A stretch of 64,000 nucleotides of DNA from contig OZ024740.1 of the NCBI GenBank assembly GCA_964016885.1, positions 284,208,001 through 284,272,000 of the forward strand. Direction: 5' to 3'. Source of the DNA: Eledone cirrhosa. Its lineage: Eukaryota. Both the position numbers and the translations under genes were made by a program. Shown piece after piece: positions 1-12,078 of the stretch. The notes beneath the pieces were generated by a model, which saw only the letters and a program-made list of their open reading frames with translations, searched no databases and was not told the origin of the DNA. How positions within the stretch are numbered: position 1 is the first letter of the stretch; the number at the start of each line of letters is the position of its first letter.

Positions 1-51
1 ATATAGTAATAATAAATACAAAGACCAAAATCCAAAGAGGTCTCAATAAAG

Positions 52-215
<164 letters not shown>

Positions 216-664
216 CATTTACAGTAAATATATGTATAGTAAATATTTATTAATAGTACAGATTAAAAGTTTAAGTAAAAAATTTCTACTTTCACCCTAA
301 GTGGAATCATCTGAAACTGAGAAAAATTAATCTGTAGATGCAGAAGTAAATATTTCAAAAAAATTATGACCAAATATTGCCTTTAGAAAACAGTAAGACA
401 TAATGGTAGTGCATGAGGACGTTCTCTTGAGATGGGTGAAATGTATACAAGCAGAATTACATCATTATGTGGAGTGAGAAGAACAAATGCTCGCTATGGA
501 AAAATCAGGAGACTAATATTCCTTTTAGAATAGCCGAATAATTTCCAGCTACCATATATGGAAAATTATATTAATAGTAGTAAAATTATTAAACATAAAA
601 TACTGATGGCACTAATAATAGTAAAAGTAATAATAATAATAATGCTTTCTTTATTAACCACAAA

Positions 665-802
665 ATAATAATTATTTCTACATTAGGCACAAGGCCAGCA
701 ATTACCCAGTGTATTACTGGTACTTTATTTTATCGACCCCGTAAGGATGAAAGGCAAAGTTAACCTCGGCGAGATTTGAACTCAGAATGGCAAGGGCCGT
801 AA
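665..802 (-). mobile_element. 5'-truncated tRNA-derived SINE (family A)
   Basis: Reverse complement of GAGTTCAAATC...GCCTTTCATCCTTACGGGGTCGATAAAATAAAGTACCAG...GGCCTTGTGCC, as in the full copy at 36109. Confidence 0.85.
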
Positions 803-973
803 ATAATAATGAGAGCACTAACAGTAATGTTTTCAGATTTAGGCTCATACATAAGTATGCGCTGACCGGTGTGGATGCATGTGTGCACATACATACTCTT
901 ATACACACACACATGCATATACAGTCAATATACATATGTACATACACCAGCATACATATAATATATATGCAGT

Positions 974-1184
974 CATTTTTGTATTACAGCCCGACACTAT
1001 ACTGATGATATACATCATAGTGTGGTAGCTAAGAACAATCTAACTTTATATGTATGTATATATATATATATATATATACATACATATAAAGTTAGATTGT
1101 TCATCATGGTGCCATAGCTTGTTCAAAGCTATGGCACCATGATGTATAATTATCAGCATAGTGTCGGGCTGTAATACAAAAATG
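974..1184. repeat. Palindromic (fold-back) element centred on a TA tract
   Basis: catttttgtattacagcccgacactat (974) and atagtgtcgggctgtaatacaaaaatg (1184) are inverted repeats. There is an internal hairpin catcatggtgccatagct...agctatggcaccatgatg. Confidence 0.8.
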
Positions 1185-1587
1185 TTTTATACAGTTTATG
1201 CTAACAAGCTGAAATTGCCTCAAATTTTTTGTTTAAGATTCATTTGTTGGCATAAAAGATTTCCAGGGTTTCAGCAACACAAAGATCACACAGTCTTTTA
1301 TTTCCTTTATAGGATCTAGCTTTAACTAAGGTCTCCCAGTTTAACCTATATCGGATGTTATTGTCTTTTAAATTCCAGATATAAGATATAGGCTGAAAGT
1401 GAAGTCATATTCCTTCTGAAAGGGTTTCAAAATAAATATATGTATATATTGAATGTCTGCAGTGCTGAAACCCTCATGTAAGCTTGCTATATACAAGCTG
1501 AAACCACTAGGAATGCAGTCAACATGAATGGACCTGTTATTTTTATCTAAAGACATTTTTTTCCAATTCCACTCTGCCCGTCCCTTC

Positions 1588-2882
1588 AATAATAATAATA
1601 ATAATAATGAAATTATTGTGTACAGTGCTCAGGTGCACTACAACTCATCAAAGGTGCATGTATAGTACATAGAATAATGTACAAATGTCAGGAAAATAAA
1701 CAGTGTATGAGTCATGATATAATAACAATAACGAAATATTGTGCACAGTGCCCAGGTGCACCACAACTCATCAAAAAAGTGCATGTACAGTACATAGGGC
1801 AATGCACAAACATCAGTAAAATGAACAGTGCACGAGTCATGATACACACATGTGTGCATGTGTATGGAAGGGGTACATCAGGTGTAGTTTTGGCGTATTT
1901 TGGGAAGCATGAGTGTCTTAAAGGATGCAGTGTCTCGGCAGCTAACAATTGACGCAGGCAGTTTGTTCCATGCTTCAGCAACTCTGAGCGTGAAAAAATG
2001 TCTGCGAAAGTCATGGGAGCTGTGCTGTTTTCTTATCTTGTAGGCATGTCCACGTGTGTTAGACACATGGAGATCAAAGAGGCGCTCAGGGTTGCAGTTG
2101 GCGAGATGGTTAAAAACTTTGTGGGTATTCACCAAGTCCATTGCCAGACGTCGGAGCTTCAATGAATCCATGCCCAGGGAAGCAAGGCGTTCAGAGTATG
2201 GTAGGTGTCTGATGGAGGGTATGCGCTTGGTTGCACGTCTCTGAACAGTTTCCAGGAGGTCAATGTTCCGAGCAAGATAGGGGTTCCAGACTGATGATGC
2301 GAATTCCAAGTGTGGTCGCACCATAGCTGTATACAGTTTTAAATAGATGGCTGGAGAGCGGCTAACAAAGGTCTTGCTGAGTGATGCCAAGACACCCTCG
2401 GCCTTCTTGACAATCTTAGAGACATGCTTTGTCCAACGCAAATCGTTGCTGACAGTAATGCCCAGGTCACGTTCACAAGAGGACTTTTTGATGTCAGTGT
2501 TGTGGAGGGAGTATGTGGACGCTGGATTTTTCCTTCCAAAATGCATGGTGGTACACTTGTCCACAGCCAGCTTCAGTTGCCAGTCTGTGATCCATTGCTG
2601 CATTGTGTCCAGGTCTGATTGTAGGAAAGAGTTGTAAATTTCAGGATCAGTCCTTTTGATTTCAAGGTACAGCTTGATGTCATCTGCATATTTTAGTACC
2701 GTGGCATTCTGTAAGTTGGCATCTATGTCATTAATATATGCCACAAACAAAAGAGGACCAAGAACAGATCCCTGTGGTACACCAGATGACATCTCATATG
2801 GTGAAGAATGCTGTCCTAGAACCGTGACTACTTCCTTTCGGCTGAGAATGAAGGATTTCAGCCAGTCGAAAAGATCATCCAT
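1588..2882 (-). mobile_element. 5'-truncated CR1-clade LINE (RT C-terminal half, ORF 1878-2882) with duplicated 3' end and (TTA)n tail
   Basis: Motifs GVPQGSVLGPLLF, KYADD, ERDLG, YTAMVRPHLEFASSVWNP and TRGH...FFTLRVAEAWNKLP. The 3' UTR block is present twice (about 1610-1720 and 1735-1850). Confidence 0.92.
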
Positions 2883-2902
2883 CTATCTTATTTCTCATTC
2901 TT

Positions 2903-2938
2903 TCTTCTGATGAAGGACTAGCATCTGAAACGTTAAGA
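2903..2938 (+). ncRNA. Minimal type I hammerhead ribozyme motif in a short Penelope-type terminal-repeat fragment
   Basis: tctt-CTGATGA-a-gga/ctagca/tct-GAAAC-GTT-aaga. Helix I is tctt/aaga and helix III is the palindrome ACGT. Confidence 0.55.
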
Positions 2939-3228
2939 CCCTCTTCCTGCTATTTCAAGCATTAACCTAATATATTCCTTCCATATACTGTACCGATTGT
3001 GTTGTTATTCCTGTTTACCTTTTACATATATATATATATATTTATATATATATATATATATATATATAAGTATGTTTATGTGTGTGTTAAGGTAGATATA
3101 GCTACCAGGTTTTAATTAGAAACCTTAGCTGTGAAAGATGAACTGTGATATGTAAATTTCAACTATTCCTCTGTGCACAGAAAATCATAAGTGATTATTC
3201 TATAATGCTAAAACATAGTTTAGTTTAA

Positions 3229-3438
3229 CCCTTTAGCATTCACATTATTTTATATATACTATTATATTTTCATGGTAAAGGCTTTACCTCACATACTTAT
3301 CCCACATAATATCGAATCTATGAGATTTTGAAAGTATTTATTTTGAAAACAATACCTTAACATCAGTTTGAGCGACCAGTTACAGCCAGTTTCAACAGAA
3401 AGAGGTAGAGAATTTTGCCCGGTTTGAACACTAAAGGG
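3229..3438. mobile_element. piggyBac-like MITE
   Basis: TTAA|CCCTTTAG ... CTAAAGGG|TTAA termini. Related copies lie at 39231 and 62562. Confidence 0.75.
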
Positions 3439-3978
3439 TTAAACTTAATATATATGTACGCATATATATTTATCACTTAATTTAAAATATTTATTTCCTA
3501 GTCAAATGCCATGAGTAATATATATGTTCTATACATAATAGGTTATCGTTTCAATTTCATTCTATAGTTTATTAATCAATTGTCTTGCACACAATATACA
3601 TGTTTTATATATAATAAAATTCATCTTTAATTTCTTTTCATAGACTCTATTGAAATAACAGATAATAGAAATGTAACAATCACATATCCAATGTTGAAAT
3701 TTACAAAGTTGTTTATGTTTATTTTATTGTCTAGCAGATGACAATTACTTGTGTCTATACATGTGTGTAATTATATATCTGCTTAAATAACGTCTCTTCT
3801 TTCTCTTTACTGTGAACGTTAAAATGTTTCTCTCTATATATATCTCACTTTGCATACAGCTCTACTCAGTATAACTCTTCTTCCCTCAACATTTATTTTA
3901 ATTCTCTTTTTTTTTTTATGTTGACTCTCTGGATAGATGGTCTAACCAAGTCACCAGCACACTATAATGTATGTATGT

Positions 3979-4267
3979 ATGGCTTTGTGGTTAGGGAATT
4001 CGGCTCACGCTCGTAAGGTTGTGTCCTTGAGCAAGACACTTTATTTCACATTGCTCTAGTTCACTCAGCTGGCAAAACTGAGTTGTACCTGTAATTAAAA
4101 GGGCCAGCCTCATCACATTCTGTGTCACGCTGAATCTCCCTGAGAACTAAGTTAAAGGTACATGTGTTTATGGAATGCTCAGCCACTTGCACTTTAAATT
4201 TCACGAGCAGGCTGTTCTGTTGATCGGATCCACTGGAACACTCGTCGTTGTAACCGACGGAGTGCCC
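3979..4267 (+). mobile_element. tRNA-derived SINE with CORE-like central block, internally deleted head and a different 3' part from family B
   Basis: tggctttgtggttag head followed by gtgtccttgagcaagacactttatttcacattgct, which is shared with the family B SINEs. Confidence 0.7.
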
Positions 4268-4672
4268 TCCTCTTCATGTATGTACATACGCACGAACATA
4301 TGTATGTATGTAAATCCAAGCTCCTGGCAGTCTTAACAGAGCTATCAGGCTGGTTAAATGGAATTGTGATCCCTTCTCTCAGTCTAAAAATGGACAAAAC
4401 TCAGCTTAGGATGATGTGTTGTCTCCACCTCAATATTATAGGTAGAAGATTAGTCGTATAATCCAATAGAACTAATTAGTAAATTGGTTCATGCTAAATA
4501 TAGTGATACCCCCAAATTAAGAAAAAATAGACACAACTTGTAAAATGCCTTATACACACTTCAACTAAGAACTAGCCTATAATCTAACCAGATACCTTGT
4601 TAGAGATTTGGTGTATTAAAGAGTGATTCTTTCTCTTGAATCTATTGCTTTGTAAAAAACATTGATGTAGAC

Positions 4673-4967
4673 GAGGCTTTCCCAACCAGGGGTGCTCACA
4701 CCCCTTGGGGGTGTGAGATAACATTTCAGTATTTTGTTTTTTATTAATAACATTATTCAAATTTTAGTTTGTTATAATATTTTTTCTTTTCCATATGTTT
4801 CATTTTTGTTTACATATTATTAAAAAATAAGATTATATAAATTTGTTGCTCAAATTTAATATTAATTCATCTTCTTTATCCTAAAATAAATAATTTTTTT
4901 AAGGGGTGCAAGAACATATAAAAAAATTTTTAAGGATGCAGGGTTGAAAAAAGGTTGGGAAACACTG
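4673..4967. mobile_element. hAT (Charlie-like) MITE
   Basis: TIRs gaggctttcccaacc / ggttgggaaacactg. The 8-bp TSD is atgtagac/gtgtagac. Confidence 0.7.
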
Positions 4968-6508
4968 GTGTAGACACATTTAGTTTGTTAAATAGTATGA
5001 TGCTTTGATTAATTAAATGCAAAAAAACAAAAACAAAAAAAAACAATTAACTATAAAGCTTAGAGCTTCTGTATTGGATGTGACTTAATTTAAAATTAGG
5101 TTGAAAGATTAAATGGTAGATATATGGCATATTGATTAGAGTGGGTTTTAGAATATGATAATAAATAACCACTTTAAGAATTACATTTTCTTGCTTGTTT
5201 TTCTATTCGCATGATACACTATGATCAATTTTAGTATAAACAAAATTACACTTTATCTATTTCTTAATAGATTCTCTGAGGTCAACTTTGCCTTTCATGC
5301 ATTCAAGGGCAATAAAACAAAGTACCAGTCTAGTACCAAGGGTTGATTCTTCCTCTATATCTCTTTCTCACTTTCATTCTCACTCTTTCTATCCTTCTCT
5401 TGAAGAAATCTACAGCATTCAGACCTGGAGAGATGGGTGCCGCCAGATTTCAAAATGTTCTAGAAATGCTGTGTCAATGAGGCACCTCCACAACTCCCTT
5501 GGGAGTTATGGGATCATAATAAGTCAAGGTAATAAAACTTTTCTTTTACAATTAGATATTCCTCTAAGTCTAAGTCTTTAAGGTACAAAATGTCTTAGAG
5601 ACATTTCAGATGATTATAATTTAAGCTGTTTCATTAAAAATTTGTGCTTTATAAATTCTTGAAAATTGGTTTCAATTTGGTTTGAGAGTATAAGTTAATC
5701 TGAGTAGGCAGTTGAAGTTTGCAAATAATCTCTTAGCATTTGTTAATAATAAAATGTGTTGTGAAAATATTTATAAACACTTTTTTAATTTAACCAATCT
5801 TTTCAATGTTATAAGAAATTACTTAGCTTGATAAATGGATTTCAAAAGTGTATGCATTTTCTCTTTTTCTCAAAATGAGTGAAGAAAAACATAATGGAAA
5901 TTGTAAGGTTACAGCAGTATATGCAAACCGTTACTAATTTTTTTAACAGCTTCTTGACATTTTAAATATAAATATTCATAGTGCATATTTTAAAAGAAAA
6001 TGAACTTGAACAAAATTTAATCATTAAAATATTCAAATCTATGTTGACTGCAAGGTGATTAATTTGCTTAAGAAAATGAGTAACCTCAAGTTTGACTAGT
6101 TTCAAACAAAAAAAATGCTGTGTTAACTTGCTAGAAATAGCAGCCAAATCTCCCTCATATCACATCCTTTAATTTTAAAAAAGGGAAAGGCACATTGGAA
6201 AAGAGTAGGTATGTTTGCACATAGGTCAGCTTGCTCAAGGCTGACCTCAGGTTAAACAACAACTATATCACTATCTGCAATAAAAACAAATTCTTACAAA
6301 AAGATACTCAAAGCTCTATAACTAAATAGTAAGTATCAGAATAAATATTGGTATGTAAACCACTTTTAGAAATTTGGTAAGATATTAAATATTACTCTGT
6401 AAACAAGTAAAGCAAACCATGTTAGAAAAATAAAGAAAATAGAAATACCTCACCCTTTTTTTTAAAAAAGAAGGATAAATAATTGCATGTGTTATAAATA
6501 TTTCTTAC

Positions 6509-6969
6509 CTGTATAGAAAGGGTAGGATTTTCAACCACAGATATCTCACTATCTATTTCAGTATCCTGACTATCAGACTGTATCTGTTGAAGCAAAGTAT
6601 CCTGTTGTAGGTCTGTAACCTGAGGAGTTAGTGATGGGTCACTATGGCTATGTTCCCCATTTAACTGCATGATTCTGTGCCGCAACTCAACAGGTGCAAA
6701 AAGAACATCATAGTCCGGAGAATTCCTGTTCAAGTTAGATGTCGTAAAAATATTTGGTTGACTTCCACAAAAGTTTTCAACTTCACTTTTTGTATCTTTC
6801 CGTTCTCGACTCTTCCCACGTATCCTTTCAGTGGATTTTCGAAAGCTATCCCATAGCTTTTTCCTACGACTGACAGTTGGTGGAGATGAAGTTGGGGAAA
6901 GTGTTTCATCTTTACTTAGATCACCAGAACTTTTAGCTTTTCTCCCCTTTTCTTTCTTCTTCTTTTGTC
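6509..6969 (-). CDS. Internal coding exon of a host gene (Lys/Arg-rich, Ser-rich, probably disordered N-terminal region); product unidentified
   Basis: Open frame GQKKKKEKGRKAKSSGDLSK...LWDSFRKS...CGSQPNIF...ENPTLSIQ in non-repetitive sequence. It is bounded by acceptor ttttcag|GA (6969) and donor CAG|GTAAGA (6509). Length 461 bp, phase 1 to phase 0. Confidence 0.75.
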
Positions 6970-7716
6970 CTGAAAACAATAAAACAATCCATCAAAGAAT
7001 ATAATACCTTTAATAATTAAATACATGATTATATAACCTTTGTTACCATGGAAAATGGATGTTAAATGGTAATGATCTATATATATAAATAGAGAGAGAG
7101 AGAGACTGAGGAGAAAGAAAAGGGAAAGAGAGTGAGAGCTATAATTTATTATTTATAGCAGAAAACACCACTTATGACCCAACATCGTTTATAATATATT
7201 TCTTTCACTATACACAATGGAGGGGATATAATTGATTGGTTTTTACTTCAGCAAAACATCTGGCATTTATTTTACTGACCCTAAAGGGATAGATGGCTTA
7301 AGTTGAGTAAACTTTGAAGTAATTAGTTAGGTTTATTACTTTGCATGTTGCCTACTCTTCACTTATTTGTACTACTAATAATGACTTATTATTTTAGTAT
7401 CATGCTATCAATTTTGTAGAAGTTGAGATTCGTGTAACATTCATGAGTTTTTGAAAAACATTGGTTGCATAAATGAAGTAAATTGGCTTCAACTGGAAAT
7501 GAAAACAAGATCATAGATTTGTCTTGGCCCATTAATCTTTGATCTAGGGAGCTCACCATTTAAAAAAAACTTATAATAGTGTTTTGGGGAGTTTTTTTCT
7601 TTTTCAGGCAATGCATAAAACCTAATATTTTAAGAGAAACTCATTACAACAGAAGCATGTAAGCTTGGGTGAAATAGTTTCAACATAGATTTGAAAATTA
7701 CTTTAAAATATCTTAC

Positions 7717-7741
7717 CTTTGGTTTTTAATAAACCTGCCAT
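7717..7741 (-). CDS. Putative first coding exon of a host gene (MAGLLKTK-G)
   Basis: Minus strand reads gtaaATGG (A at -3, G at +4) with an in-frame TAA immediately upstream. It has 25 coding nt and then a strong donor AAG|GTAAGA. Its phase-1 end matches the phase of the exon at 6969. Confidence 0.6.
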
Positions 7742-8838
7742 TTACGTTCCTCATTGAAAAAGTAGAATTGTTAAGATGATTACTGATTTACAGTATATTA
7801 CTGGTAGAGTTTCATCTATGAGTATTATATCGCACTCTGATAAAATATTGTACTTATCCACAAAAATACAGTTGACACTACTTTCATGCTATAAAAAGTT
7901 AGTTAACGTTTATAAAGGAAATTCCACTGTAAAATCCAAGCAAAAATATCCCTTCTACTACTACTACTAATATTACAACTACTAATGGCACGGTGGAAAA
8001 GTAAAAATAAAACGTTGCCAGGGAGTGGGATACATTATAGAAATAATGTTAAACATGTAACCAAGATATGTAGCAATTGATTTTGAAGCAATGTGAGAGA
8101 AGCATCAGGGAAAACTGTGAGAATCAATGAACTGGTGTGGAACAATGATTCAGGCTGAATGAAAAATAGATCACACTATCATGGGAATACTATTAACTAA
8201 CAAGACAGAAAGCAAGCAGGTGTTTATTAATAGTGTAGTAAACCAAATAACTAAAAAAACAAAGAAAGAAATTTTTTTAAAAAATATTAAGAGAAAGAGA
8301 AATTACTCGTCTATAATAAAAGGGAGTTTAAACTAATACATAAATATTAGGTAATAATGAAGCATGTATAATATTTTCTTCTGAATCCTGACCATGACAA
8401 GTTGCTCAGTTGTTCTTCCTTCACTCCAGGAGAGCCCTGATTGAGTATACCTATGATCAAAGGTATATAAGCTACAACCATCTCATCCTTTTAGAAGTAT
8501 GCCTATGACCACATTATCCAATTTGTTTTTCTTTTTTCCATTTTTAAGCTAAGAGGTGGATTTGAAAGAAGGTTGGCTGCTATTTCTAGAAAATCAAGTT
8601 ACCACCTAAAGGCTTCCTTGTTGGCTTTTACAATTTGCTATTATGTAAATCACGTCAACTCTAACATATTATCATGGTGATAATCAAAGGAATAGGTATT
8701 TGTTATTACCATGCATGTGTGTAAACATTTGCATAGTGCAAAGACAATGATAAAAAACAATATATATATATATGAGTCCTGACTTCAATCAGGGATAACC
8801 ACAGCAAGTAAGGTACTCAATACATTAGTAGAGTGTAA

Positions 8839-9245
8839 ATCATCATCATCATCATCATCAGGTTTAGCGTCCGTGTTCCACGCTTGCATGGGTTTGGACG
8901 GGGGTTTTCCCACTTGAAGCAAGAGTGGTTGTCTTGCTCGCATAGGACTGTCTGGCGGGTTTTCTACAGCTGGATGCCCTTCCTAACACCAACCACATTT
9001 ACGGTGTGGGGCTGGGAGGTTTTTACCGTGTTGCCTACACGGCCACATTACAGCGTGGACTGTCTGGCGGGTTTTCTACAGCTGGATGCCCTTCCTAACA
9101 CCAACCACATTTACAGTGTGGGGCTGGGAGGTTTTTACCGTGTTGCCTACACGGCCACATTTACAGCGTGGACTGTGTGTTTTTTTTGTCGTGACACCTA
9201 CACGATCTCATTTGTTTCGGCCTGGATGTTGTGGGACCAACATAA
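8839..9245 (-). mobile_element. Non-autonomous RTE-derived short element with an internal ~113-bp tandem duplication and (GAT)n tail
   Basis: Reverse complement of the 3' segment at 13900-14084. The block gactgtctggcgggttttctacagctggatgcccttcctaacacc...acagcgtg occurs twice. Confidence 0.8.
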
Positions 9246-9529
9246 CTTTACATACCAACTCTGAAGTTTTGGATTGCGTTTGGAGGGTGGGAGCGGGGGG
9301 GGGGGGGGATGGGGTTATGTTAGCCATCCTCGGCCGAAGGAATGGCTTCTACGGGACGAGAACTGTTTCATTCAAATCACCACCTTCCCCAACCACCAGA
9401 AACATATAAATACAACCATATTACAATGACATTGGGCTTTCCTGATGATTTCTTTCAAATAAAACTGCTCTAGTCCTGTAGAAACCATTTCTATATCAAA
9501 TTTTATATATATTAGAACAGATTAAAAGA

Positions 9530-9890
9530 TCCTGTAACATGGTTGGTGTTAGGAAGAGTATCTAGTAACCATGAAAACCCAACCAACACAATGTAGTCTC
9601 GTTTTGTGCAAGATACGGCACAGCCATCAGGCCAGGCTTGTCTCATAACAGGACCACCCATCTCCACACTGTAAACATAGTTGGTGTTAGGAAGGGCATC
9701 CAGCTGTAAAAATCTCAACCAAAACACAGTCTCGTTAGAACAAGGTACAATAATCCAACTGGCCAGACTTGTCTCGCAATGGTGCCACCCAGTTCCACAT
9801 TGTAAACATGGTTGGTAGTAAGAAGGGCATCCAACAGCTGTAAAAACCCAGCCCAAACATGGCATGGCCAACTGGCTAGACCTTGCTCAT
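9530..9890 (+). mobile_element. Degraded tandem RTE-5'UTR-like repeats
   Basis: Three decayed copies of ...tgtaaacatggttggtgttaggaagggcatccagctgtaaaa... Confidence 0.5.
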
Positions 9891-12078
9891 AATGAACACT
9901 TTTTTAAAGGGGAAACTTTTATATATATATATATATATACTACTTTTATAGAGTTCTCTCTAGATTTTGGTCATTGTATTTATTATTGCAATGTGTGTGG
10001 TTGGACAGAAAGTTCTCACAGTTTTTTAAATTCTTATTGACTTTGGTATTTTTTAATATTAGGAAAATTTTAAAAGTCAAAATAATCACCATCATTTGCG
10101 ATTACCTCGCCATCGTTTAGGAAGGCACATGATTCTATCTCTATACAATTCTTCTGGCTTCAATGAGTCCCGTCAGCCACTGATTTAACTGGTCTTCATT
10201 GGCAAAGGTCTTTCACTGCATTGCTCATTGAGAGAAAAAGGTGATAGTCTGTAGGCACAAGGTCAGGCAATTATGGTAGGTTGAGCAGAACCTCCCAACC
10301 TAGCTCCAGCAGCTTCTCACAGGATATACTTGATGTATGCGATCGAGTCTTACTATGAAGGAATTAATGATACTAATCTGTCAAGTTGTTAGCAATAGAC
10401 ATCAGAGTTTATGCTGGTGTTTGGTGAAAGCAGCTCATGATGAATAACACCTTTTCAGTCACAGCAAACACACAGTAGGGCCTTGCAAGGATGGAAGCCA
10501 ACCTTTGCTTGCCATTGTGGTGCACTCTCTTTATCAACCCACAATCGCTTGCACTTGGCATTATTGTAGGGATGCCATTTTTTCATCAACAGTGACACTT
10601 ACAGTATATAAAAGGGCTTTCCAGTACATATTTAACTGCAATTGTATGGAGGGTATGTGTGGTAGGGGATTTATGCAAATGAGAAGTGTTGTATAAGAGG
10701 GCAAACTTTCAATGAGACAAATCCATATTCTAATTCTTGTTGTTTACCTCCAGATCAAGCAAACCTATAACCAAAGCTACTTTAGCTGTGATCACCTTTT
10801 TCTTTCCAGATAGAGTTTATTGCAGGCTTCATTATTCAATATGTACTTCATCTATATATACATTTCTGCAACTCTGTCACAACATGTAAAGAGAGAGGAG
10901 TAGTTTGACTACCTTATACTACTTCTCTCTTTTTACATCTGCTCCCTGCGTGAATGTATGTGTGTGTAAAAGGAAGCAAGGGAATGGTGAAAAAACTACA
11001 CTGTGTATGTGTATGTGTGTTTTGGGAAATGCATGTGTGTGTGTTTGTGTGAATGTATATGTGTGCTTGTGTGAATGTATATGTGTGTTTGTGTGAATGT
11101 ATGTCTGTGAGTGTGTACTTTTGCAAGTGTGTCTGTGTTTTATCATCATCATTTTACGTCCGCTTTTCCCTGCTTGCGCATTTATATTTATATACTCAGA
11201 TATAAATGTATGCATATGCACATACACACATATACACATATGCATCAGCGTATGGAAAAAAAATACTAGTTTTTTTTTTAAATTGGTAGAAATTTGGCTT
11301 ATTTTAAAAAGTGATCATATAGATGTTACTTCATTGATTCATCCATAATCTAGTTTCAAGTCCTCCTTGAAATGACTTCAGTCCACTTATTAATGCTTTC
11401 ATCTCATAAAATGCCTGAAATGTCAATATTGACTTCATGCTGCTTCTCATTGTCAAGCGAACATAGAAACAGTTGATATTTCTTTCTTTATCTTACATTG
11501 TCACATGTAAGTGAAATGCTTTATCAGGAATTTTTTTTTTCAGCTTTTTATGAATGAAGGTATATTTATAGACATGTTCAAGTGAGTTTATATTTGTTTA
11601 TTCAAGTATGTATTTGGATTAGCAAGCTTCAAACCTGTTAGATTTAGAGGCCAATCTCCCTTAAATTGCACTCAAACATCTTTGAAAAAGGACATAAGAT
11701 AATGTATGTCATCTGGGGTTCCCTGCATACAAAAAAAAGATGGGATACTCATGGCTGGAATGACTTAGATTTCAAGTCTGTTTGATCACAGCTGGCCTAA
11801 GACTGAACAACAACAGAAACAAAGTCTAAAAGCATTATTATTTAACTCTTAAAATAAAGTACCAGTAATGCACTGGAATAATTGCTGGCCTTGTGCCAAA
11901 AGTAGAAACAATTATTATTTAACTCTTAACATCCTATACTAATTCAGCAGGAAATATATAAGAATGGGCTTGTTAAGTATATATATATATATGTGTATAT
12001 ATATAAGTATATATATATATATATGTGTATATATATAAGTATATATATATATATATATATGTGTGTATATATATATAT

